Part shown: in pieces, positions 38,001 to 46,538 of the stretch
Numbering within the stretch: position 1 is the first letter of the stretch
Layout of the letters: each line of letters starts with the position of its first letter
Origin: Yuukianura sp. NJ FZ-2021
Lineage: Eukaryota
Length of the DNA stretch: 64,000 nt
Direction: 5' to 3'
NCBI GenBank assembly: GCA_046563655.1
Contig: CM102287.1
Span: 7,006,001 to 7,070,000 of the forward strand
Notes under the pieces: model-generated
The model's input: the letters and a program-made list of their open reading frames with translations, nothing else
What the model was told of the DNA's origin: nothing
Databases searched by the model: none
Program-made: the position numbers and the translations under genes

Positions 38001-41000
38001 TGTTTGTAGAATTGCCCTATTTTCAATTCTACTTTTTCGGAAAAACAGAAACTCCATCTTTAGTTTTAGAGTTAAAACTTTTCATTTAAATTTTAGTTTA
38101 AAAACCCCCCTCCTACTCACATACCAAAAACCCCCTAGGTTATATTTAAAATTACAACTACGCAGTTAGTTTTAGACTCTGTCTTTTTCCCTTTCTTCGA
38201 CTCTTAGTCGTCCTTAGAATTCAGAACAAGCAGGTCATGTCCCTTGTCTCTAAGTTTTCGACCTCCAATTAACTATCAATTGTTAATTGCACTTCATTAA
38301 TCGATTAATTAAATAACGGGTTAAAAGCCCTGATTTATATGGACTTCTGACTCTGGCTTGTCCATATTTATTCCTAAAAAAGTTCAGTACTTCACTGAAC
38401 ATAAATTTTCCATATAATCAAAAGTACATTCAGCCCTAACCTCCACGTGTTCAAGATGGCCGCCAACAGTGTTACACCACCAGCCTTACCTTACGCTTCT
38501 TCGGTTTTTGGACTCAAGCTGTTCAAGACCAGAGCTGGAAAGTTTCTGCACTCACTGGACCCTAGTTCTTGGCAAGTGTCATCAGTGGACGTTAGTGTTC
38601 AGGAGAACAATTTCTTCAAAATCCAGTCAGATCTCCATTACTGGAAGCAAAACCTCATCATCTCAAGTTCACTGGAGTCTGACAGTGAGAGTGCTTTCCA
38701 AGAACAGGAAGAACTCCTTGAACAGTGTGAAACGATTGTTTCAAAGTGTCATTCTGCTATTCTCATGGCCAAGGAATCAGTTTACAACGCCATGATCAAA
38801 AGGGAACAGGATTCCAACATCCAGGTCAAAGGTCAGTCAAACGATCATTTTGATTTTAAGCTTGAAAAAACCAAGCCGCCTACTTTCAATGGGGACTACA
38901 CTGCTTGGCAAGACTTTTCGGATTTATTCAAAGCAGCAGTCATCGATAACCCGAAAATTTCTGGCGCTCAAAAATTAGTCTATTTGAAAAATTCTTTGAT
39001 TGGAGACGCCGCTTCTATCGCCTCATCTTTTCCACTGAATAATCTCAGCTTCCAGGAAGCTTGGGATCTCGTTGAAAAACGATTCAACAAGAAACGGGAA
39101 ATCGTCTTTTCTCATCTTCAGAAGCTGTTTTCGCTCCAGTCAGTTCCAGATTCGTCAAAAGGAATTTTGAAGCTTGTCGACACTGTCAATCAGTGTCTCC
39201 GTTCCTTGCAGATCCTTGGAGTGGACGTTTCCCAATGGGATTTGTTCATCGTTTACTGGGCCCATAACAAACTTGACCCAGAAACGCGGAGACAGTGGCT
39301 TCTGACCACTGACGACAGCCTCCCAACACTTTCTCCGTTTTTGGAATTCTTGGAAAAACGAGCAGATGCCCTTACACCTACTTCGTCTTCCAAACCGAAA
39401 ACAACTGCTCCTACTTCAACTGCACATCATACAACTACAGAAGAAACGAAGACCAAACGTTCGTGTCCTTCGTGCGGAGACAAATCCCACAAGATCTTCA
39501 AATGCCCGGAATTTTTGAAACTGACTCCTCATGACAGATCGAAGATTTCTCGGGAAAAGAAGCTCTGCACCAATTGTTTGGCTTCAAGTCACCAAATCAA
39601 AGAGTGCAAAAGTGAAGGGGTATGTGCAAAATGCTCAAAGAGACACAACACCCTTCTACATTTTGACACTCCAGCACCACATCTCACTCCCAAATCATCA
39701 GGGTCAACTTCCGGGTCAAATCCAAGAAATGAACCAGCAGGAAGTTCAGCACCCTCAACTCCTCACTCAAGTTCATCTTCCGACGATCATGTCGAATCTC
39801 ACCACTCGTCAGCAACCAACACCACTAACAAAGTGGTTCTCATGGCTACTGTTGTTGCCAGGGTCATTGACTCAAATGGAGACCTTCAACAATGTCGAGT
39901 CTTCCTGGACCCTGGATCAGAGTCAAACTTCGTCTCCGAGTCTTTTGCTGAGCGCTTCAACCTTCGCCGTCAGAAATCCTGCGTCAACGTCACAGGAATT
40001 GGAGGTTCTACTGGAGGCTCAACTCGTGGATTGGTAACATTCAAGTTACATTCTAAATTTGACAACTTCATTTTTCCAGTTAAGGCTCTGGTACTCCCCC
40101 GTCTCACCGGCCTCTTACCACGAGCTAAGTGCCAAGGTACGTTCACGCACCTACTTGGACTGTCACTTGCAGACCCAGACTTCAACGTCCCATCACCAGT
40201 GGACATCCTACTGGGTGCTGAAGCCACGTCCCAAGTACTTCTCCCTGGCCTCAAATTTGGACCGTCTGGATCACCCACCGCTCAAGATTCTCGATTCGGG
40301 TGGTTTCTCACAGGAACGGCTCCATTAAGCCAGCCTCACACCTCTACGTTCACCGTCAGTTCCTGTCACGCTTCCTGTGACCCAAACGATCACTGTTTGG
40401 AGACAGCGATTCAACGCTTCTGGGACCTTGACGACCCCTCTCCATCTGCCTCAAACTTTTCTCCCGACGAACAGGAATGTGAAGATCATTTCCTTCGCAC
40501 TTTCACTCGAGATTCAACGGGAAGGTACGAGGTCAACTTACCATTTTCAAGTTCCGGGGTTCTGGGGGAATCTGAGAAAAAAGCCGTTTCCTGCTTTCTC
40601 TCCCTGGAAAAACAGCTCGAACGAGACCCCGTCCTCAAAACAGCGTATCACAGCCAGATTCAAGACTACTTGTCAAGAAACTGGATTGAACCTGTCCCTG
40701 CTGCTGAACTTTCATCCGACAAAAAAGTGAAAGTAATCACAGTCAACAATCAAGAAATTTTTCTGCGTCCCTTTTACCTCCCTCATCATGTGGTTGTAAA
40801 ATTGGACAACTCGACTACAAAATTCAGAATTGTGTTTAACGCCAGTTCAAAAACCAATTCTGGAAGTTCCCTCAATTCACTTCTTCATTCCGGTCCGAAA
40901 ATTCAAACCGACCTACACCCACTTCTAATGCGGTTCCGTACCCATCCCATTGCGTTGTGTGCGGACATCGTCAAATTCTACAATCAAGTGAAAGTTTTCC

Positions 41001-44000
41001 CGCCACACTGTGACTTTCAACGCTTCATCTGGAGGCAGCAGAAAGGTGACACTTTCACTCATTTTCGTTTTTTGAGAGTGACTTTTGGCGTAACTTCCGC
41101 TCCATATCTCGCGATCCGCGTTTTACGCCAACTGGGGGAAGACTTCAAGGTCAACTTTCCTCTCGCTCACTCTGCAATCAAAGATGACTTTCTCGTGGAC
41201 AATCTCCTGTCAGGTGAAAGTACCATTGAAAAAGTCATGGAACTCAAGTCTCAACTAGAAGAAGTCCTATCTCAAGGTCAATTCCCTCTACAAAAGTGGG
41301 CCTCAAACTGCCCTGAAGTCCTGCAATCACTTTCTCCAGAAGAGCGGGAAAGTTTGTCAATGGACATTCGACTTGACGAATCAGTCAAGACAATCGGTCT
41401 GTTTTGGCATCCAGCCTCAGACACTTTTGGAGTGAAGATTTCACCGCCACCAACTTTCGCTACGCCAACTACAAAAAGAGAAATTCTCTCCCATGTCGCT
41501 CGGGTCTTTGACCCACTTCAGTGGCTGTCACCAGTCACAATTTCTGCCAAAATCCTTCTTCAGTGCCTCTGGAAGGAAAAGATTGGCTGGGATGACCCCA
41601 TCCCTCAACACTACGTCAAAAAGTGGCTGAAATATTCATCAGAACTTGAGCTACTTCGAGACTTCCGTATCCCTCGGTGTGTAACTTTTACTTCAGTTCC
41701 AGACTCATTCACTACCGTTCATGACCTCATTGGTTTCTGCGACGCAAGTAACCAGGCTTATGCCGCTTGCGTGTATCTGAGGTCAAAGTGCGATGGTCAA
41801 GTTAAAGTTCTACTCATCGCCGCAAAATCAAAAGTTGCTCCAGTTGGAGGAGAAACGACACCTCGTCTCGAATTATGCAGTGCCGTCCTCCTTACTCAAC
41901 TTGTAAACATGGTCTACACTGCCCTCACTTCAACCAAGGTCAACATCTCAACTGTAATCTGCTTCACAGATTCGACGGGAGCGCTTGGTCAACTCTTCTC
42001 TGAAGAAAAACAAACCGTCTTCGTCGCAAATCGAGTACGGAAAATCAAGAAGAGTCCCATTCAAATTCATTGGTACCATGTACCAGGGGATGTAAATCCA
42101 GCAGACCCATGCTCCAGAGGAATCTCTGCTTCCGTCTTTCTCCAGCATCCGACATGGCTCCACGGACCAACATTTCTTCAGTCGGAGGATCTACCCCCTC
42201 AACCCTACACTCAACATGTCGTAACTTTTTCTGCCGAAGTTGACCCCGGGTCAACATTCTACTCAAATGGAATCATCCGCCTCATCAAGTCAAAATCCTC
42301 TTTTGTCAAGATGAAGCGACTCCTATCATACTGGATTCGGCTTCAAAACAGATTCAGAAAAGGAGCGATGCCGACATCTGGACCTCTCACAACAAAAGAA
42401 TTGGATCAGGCTCAACTTTCCCTTGTTAAAGTTGTCCAGCAAGCCTGTTTTCCGGAAGAGATTTCTTTCTGCTCAAAGAAAAAACCAGTCAAAGGCAACA
42501 TCCGGTTCCTTTCTCCGTTCTTAGACGAACATGGCATCCTTCGAGTCGGAGGAAGACTGCAGATGTCGGCACTGGAGTTCCGAACCCGTCATCCAATTCT
42601 TCTACCGAAGTGCCGTACCAAGCCGAAGTCGACCGAAGAGAAGATTTTCAGGCGATTCACTCTTTGTGTCGCTCGACATTTTCATCAAGCTAATTTACAT
42701 GCCGGTCCAAAACTACTCCTGTCACTCATCAGGTCCGAGTTTTGGATTCCCAGAGGAGCTGACTTGTGCAACCGCATCTTCAGGACATGCGTCATCTGCT
42801 ACAAACAGCGTCCTCAGCCAGCCACTCAAATCATGGCACCTCTCCCTGCGTCTCGAGTTACCCCAGACTTGCCATTTCTCAAAGTTGGACTGGACTACGC
42901 AGGCCCCCTCAAGATTGCGATGATTCCAGGAAGAAAGCCACGACTTCTCGACGCCTACGTCTGCGTGTTCGTTTGTATGACCACCAAGGCCATACACTTG
43001 GAGTATGTCGGAGGTCTCTCAACCCCTGATTTTATCGCTGCCCTTCAACGCTTCTGCTCAATCAGGAATACACCCTCTGACATCTTCTGCGATGGTGGAC
43101 GCAATTTCCTGGGAGCAAAGAACGAACTGGACGCTCTCCAAACCCTGCTCTCCTCTCCAGAACATCAGCAGAAAGTAGCCCTTTTCGCCACTGGAGAAAA
43201 AATCAACTTTCACTTCAGCCCCCCTTATGGACCACATCATGGAGGGATTTGGGAAGCTGCGGTCAAAAGTATGAAGCTTCATCTGGCTCGAATTGTTCAA
43301 GGTCATCACATCTCCATTGAGGAACTGATCACTTTACTTGCCAGAACTTCAGCAGCACTTAACTCCCGTCCTCTCTCACCAGTCTCAGATGACCCCAATG
43401 ACTTCGAGGCTCTTACGCCATTTCACTTCTTGTCGCTGCGTGCTCCCAAGTTCATCCCAGAAGAAGATGTCACCTCAATGAAGTCACACCGGACTCGATG
43501 GGAACACGTACAGCAAATGGCCCAGCACCTCTTCAAGCGTTGGAGCACAGACTTTCTCCAGTCACTCCAACAGAAACACAAATGGCTCCAAATCAAGCCC
43601 AACATTGCCAAAGGAATGATGGTTCTAGTCCAGGACATCGATTCTTCCTTCAAACATAAGCGCTGGACCCTTGGACGAGTGGAGGAGACATTCCCAGGAC
43701 CAGACGGAAACATCCGAACCTGTGATGTCCGAATTCCAGTTCATGACGCTGACATCAAGTCAAAACCAGCCACTAAAATCTTCAGACGTCCCATTACTCG
43801 CCTTTCTCCATTGCCATTGGACGATGACGTCACTTCCGCCTTCAGCAGCATCAACTAGTTTAAGTTTTCATTTTCAAGTCAAAGTAGAGCTTAGATTTTA
43901 AGTCAAATTTAGATTTACTTTAAAAATTTAAGTCTTTCACTTATTCTTAATTGTAAGTTTCATACTTCAATTGTACAAACATTCATTTTCATTTTTCAAT

Positions 44001-44460
44001 TTCTTAAAATCAATTTAGTTCAGACTTTGGTGGATTATTAATCCACCAAGGCCGCGGAATGTTTGTAGAATTGCCCTATTTTCAATTCTACTTTTTCGGA
44101 AAAACAGAAACTCCATCTTTAGTTTTAGATTTAAAACTTTTCATTTAAATTTTAGTTTAAAAACCCCCCTCCTCCTCACATACCAAAAACCCCCTAGGTT
44201 ATATTTAAAATTACAACTACGCAGTTAGTTTTAGACTCTGTCTTTTTCCCTTTCTTCGACTAGTAGTCGTCCTTAGATTTCAGAACAAGCAGGTCATGTC
44301 CCTTGTCTCTAAGTTTTCGACCTCCAATTAACTATCAATTGTTAATTGCACTTCATTAATCGATTAATTAAATAACGGGTTAAAAGCCCTGATTTATATG
44401 GACTTCTGACTCTGGCTTGTCCATATTTATTCCTAAAAAAGTTCAGTACTTCACTGAACA
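38001..44460 (+). mobile_element. Full-length BEL/Pao LTR retrotransposon, element 1
   Basis: 401-bp LTRs (38001-38401, 44060-44460; TGT..ACA; ~5 substitutions), 5-bp TSD GTCTC and a single intact ORF. Confidence 0.97.
38456..43858 (+). CDS. BEL/Pao Gag-Pol polyprotein
   Basis: DUF1759-type gag (PTFNGDYTAWQDF), three Zn knuckles, protease LDPGS, RT (YLPHH, RIVFNAS, LVDN), RNase H (GFCDAS, PRLEL, TDS, NPAD) and integrase (DYAGP, CDGGRNF, WEAAVK). Confidence 0.96.
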   Translation: MAANSVTPPALPYASSVFGLKLFKTRAGKFLHSLDPSSWQVSSVDVSVQENNFFKIQSDLHYWKQNLIISSSLESDSESAFQEQEELLEQCETIVSKCHSAILMAKESVYNAMIKREQDSNIQVKGQSNDHFDFKLEKTKPPTFNGDYTAWQDFSDLFKAAVIDNPKISGAQKLVYLKNSLIGDAASIASSFPLNNLSFQEAWDLVEKRFNKKREIVFSHLQKLFSLQSVPDSSKGILKLVDTVNQCLRSLQILGVDVSQWDLFIVYWAHNKLDPETRRQWLLTTDDSLPTLSPFLEFLEKRADALTPTSSSKPKTTAPTSTAHHTTTEETKTKRSCPSCGDKSHKIFKCPEFLKLTPHDRSKISREKKLCTNCLASSHQIKECKSEGVCAKCSKRHNTLLHFDTPAPHLTPKSSGSTSGSNPRNEPAGSSAPSTPHSSSSSDDHVESHHSSATNTTNKVVLMATVVARVIDSNGDLQQCRVFLDPGSESNFVSESFAERFNLRRQKSCVNVTGIGGSTGGSTRGLVTFKLHSKFDNFIFPVKALVLPRLTGLLPRAKCQGTFTHLLGLSLADPDFNVPSPVDILLGAEATSQVLLPGLKFGPSGSPTAQDSRFGWFLTGTAPLSQPHTSTFTVSSCHASCDPNDHCLETAIQRFWDLDDPSPSASNFSPDEQECEDHFLRTFTRDSTGRYEVNLPFSSSGVLGESEKKAVSCFLSLEKQLERDPVLKTAYHSQIQDYLSRNWIEPVPAAELSSDKKVKVITVNNQEIFLRPFYLPHHVVVKLDNSTTKFRIVFNASSKTNSGSSLNSLLHSGPKIQTDLHPLLMRFRTHPIALCADIVKFYNQVKVFPPHCDFQRFIWRQQKGDTFTHFRFLRVTFGVTSAPYLAIRVLRQLGEDFKVNFPLAHSAIKDDFLVDNLLSGESTIEKVMELKSQLEEVLSQGQFPLQKWASNCPEVLQSLSPEERESLSMDIRLDESVKTIGLFWHPASDTFGVKISPPPTFATPTTKREILSHVARVFDPLQWLSPVTISAKILLQCLWKEKIGWDDPIPQHYVKKWLKYSSELELLRDFRIPRCVTFTSVPDSFTTVHDLIGFCDASNQAYAACVYLRSKCDGQVKVLLIAAKSKVAPVGGETTPRLELCSAVLLTQLVNMVYTALTSTKVNISTVICFTDSTGALGQLFSEEKQTVFVANRVRKIKKSPIQIHWYHVPGDVNPADPCSRGISASVFLQHPTWLHGPTFLQSEDLPPQPYTQHVVTFSAEVDPGSTFYSNGIIRLIKSKSSFVKMKRLLSYWIRLQNRFRKGAMPTSGPLTTKELDQAQLSLVKVVQQACFPEEISFCSKKKPVKGNIRFLSPFLDEHGILRVGGRLQMSALEFRTRHPILLPKCRTKPKSTEEKIFRRFTLCVARHFHQANLHAGPKLLLSLIRSEFWIPRGADLCNRIFRTCVICYKQRPQPATQIMAPLPASRVTPDLPFLKVGLDYAGPLKIAMIPGRKPRLLDAYVCVFVCMTTKAIHLEYVGGLSTPDFIAALQRFCSIRNTPSDIFCDGGRNFLGAKNELDALQTLLSSPEHQQKVALFATGEKINFHFSPPYGPHHGGIWEAAVKSMKLHLARIVQGHHISIEELITLLARTSAALNSRPLSPVSDDPNDFEALTPFHFLSLRAPKFIPEEDVTSMKSHRTRWEHVQQMAQHLFKRWSTDFLQSLQQKHKWLQIKPNIAKGMMVLVQDIDSSFKHKRWTLGRVEETFPGPDGNIRTCDVRIPVHDADIKSKPATKIFRRPITRLSPLPLDDDVTSAFSSIN

Positions 44461-44711
44461 GTCTCCATTGTTTTCCATATAGCAGTCGCTGCTTAGAAGC
44501 AGTAGAAGTTCACTGTCTTTCTAGAACCTTCTCGAAGGTTCTCGTTGCGATGTCGTCGGTCGCCATTTTGAAATCCCGCAGTGATTCTTAGAAACCCGGC
44601 CTGGGTAGACGTACTTTACGTTCCTCGCAAAAAAAAACGCAAAAGTTTCTCTTTTTTTTTGCAACACCGTGCAAATTTCGTTTGTGCGGAACAATTTGTG
44701 AGCGACCAGTG

Positions 44712-45380
44712 TCAATGGACAAGGACGACGGATGACATGGACATACTCACGGTGGACAAACTGTAAAGTTCAAGGGCCATCACTGTTACCTGGATATTTC
44801 CGAAGACTTCAAGACCCGACGTCGGTAAGTTGCCAATTTTTTTTTGTTTAGCTTATCCTTTTCTATCGTAATGGTTGACTTCAACTTTTGCGAAGTCAAT
44901 CTCTGCTTGACCAATCTTCAATGGACAAGGAAGGACGACCTGGGATGCCCTAACCGTAACAGTACTCACCGTGGACATACTACAGAGCTCAAGTGCCAGG
45001 ACTGGAATGTGGATATTTGCGAAAACCACCACACGGCGGCAAGTTTTTGGCAACTTCATTTCAGCTTCTCTTTTCCTATCACAATCGCAATGTTTGACTT
45101 CTTTTGCGAAGTCAATCTCTGCTTGACCAATCTTCAATGGACAAGGAAGGATGACCTAGGACACCCTAAGTACTACCTGTGGACAACCTACAGAGCTCAA
45201 GTGCCAGGACTGGAATGTGGATATTTGCGAAAACTATGAAAACCCACCAGACGTCGGCAAGTTTTTGGCAACTGTTGATGTCAGCTTCTCTTTTCCTATC
45301 GCAATCGCAATGTGTTTGCGTTCTTTTTGTGACGTCAATCTCTGCTTGACCAATCTGCAACGGACAAGGAAGGATGACCT
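44712..45380. repeat. Degenerate ~210-bp tandem repeat (about 3 copies)
   Basis: CAATGGACAAGGA-type anchor recurs at ~44713, 44919, 45135 and 45358. GTCAATCTCTGCTTGACCAATCT and TGGATATTT.CG also recur. Confidence 0.85.
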
Positions 45381-45381
45381 A

Positions 45382-45498
45382 CCGTGTGCTCATCTGCTAA
45401 CTTTAAAAACTTTGCACGTGACCCTTTTTTCTCCTTTAACTCAATGAGAAAAAAAGGGTCGGCGGGAAAGTTTTTAAAGTTAGCAGATGAGCACACGG
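45382..45498. mobile_element. 117-bp MITE, Tc1/mariner-type (TA TSD)
   Basis: 32-bp perfect TIR CCGTGTGCTCATCTGCTAACTTTAAAAACTTT flanked by TA. The neighbouring repeat unit shows the empty site GATGACCTAGGACACC (~45150). Confidence 0.9.
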
Positions 45499-45500
45499 TA

Positions 45501-46180
45501 GGACACCAAAGGCTCTTTTGATAAGTTTTTCGCTCTGTTTCCTCTTACGTTTCACATCTCTCACGGTAGATTCAAAATTTCACGCCAAGTTTTCTGCCAT
45601 TGTTACCGGCAAAACTTTGAGACGATGTTCACTCCAAGTCTGTCGCTCAGTTCAAGGCCTCTGGACTCTGCCAAATCCGCTACTTTGTTCAACAGTTCTT
45701 TATCGACTCGGCGCAGAGAATCCAAGTGGAAGTTGACAACAGCCGAGAGACATTTGATTGCAAGTTCAGCGTAAAGGGGAGAGTGGACGTGCTTGTTCCA
45801 GTGCTGGAATCATTTGATGAACGTAGGAAACCGGAATTAGCATAATGCTTTGTTCCAACTCTACTGCCTTGATAGCACTTAAACTTAGCACTTTGGTCAT
45901 GAAATCATTCAGTGTCTCAGCACCGTAGGCTTGAAGGAGAGGTTGTTCGTCGGCACTGTCTTTGAATACATCAAGGAGCTTCGATGAGTTTGTCAGCCTG
46001 TTCAGACCAAATTCGAAATTTTCAAAAAAAAAATCTTTTCTAAAAGTTGCAAATTTTGGAATTAGTTTTTGGAAATTACCATTTTTTCAGTATCAGCTGT
46101 TTGTAGACTTGGTAGATTTGGATTTTTAGTGATGGCTTCTTTCTCCATGTCATCTTCCCTCTCTCGTTCTCGTTCATCTT
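45501..46180 (-). pseudogene. WDR3: Frameshifted C-terminal fragment of WDR3/Utp12 (Dip2)
   Basis: EREREDDMEKE..TADTEKM|ADKLIEA/LDVFK..PLLQAYG..IKAVELEQSIMLIPVSYV../ELAIKCL..DRLGVNI../KRKRKQSEK resembles the Utp12 domain. The intron is retained and there are several frameshifts. Confidence 0.7.
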
Positions 46181-46538
46181 TTTGCAAACACGAATTAACT
46201 GTTAAGGTGTGTTTCCGATGCACGAATATGAATAATAACAATTTGAAAGTACATAAACATGATAAGCACATGGAGCAACCAATCGGGTATGTCTTTTCCT
46301 CCGAAAACCAGATATTTCAGACTGTGCCGATTCGCAGGTTTTTACGAGTGTTATATTATAGGCATTATGTTACGAGTGTGGATAATATTTTTATCCGGTT
46401 TTATCCATAGGGACGGTTTTAGAAATCATGGGAAAAAAACTTGAAAAAATAAGGAATTTGAAATAGCGAATAGTCACGTCAATTTGCAATTGTGTAACAG
46501 GTCAACCAGGCATTTCTTTTCTCAGATTTTCAAAATTT

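Noticed and set aside
44521..44545. Palindrome AGAACCTT-CTCG-AAGGTTCT as a Helitron terminus
   Set aside because: Spacing to CTAG and the flanking base do not fit a Helitron end, and no matching 5' end was found.
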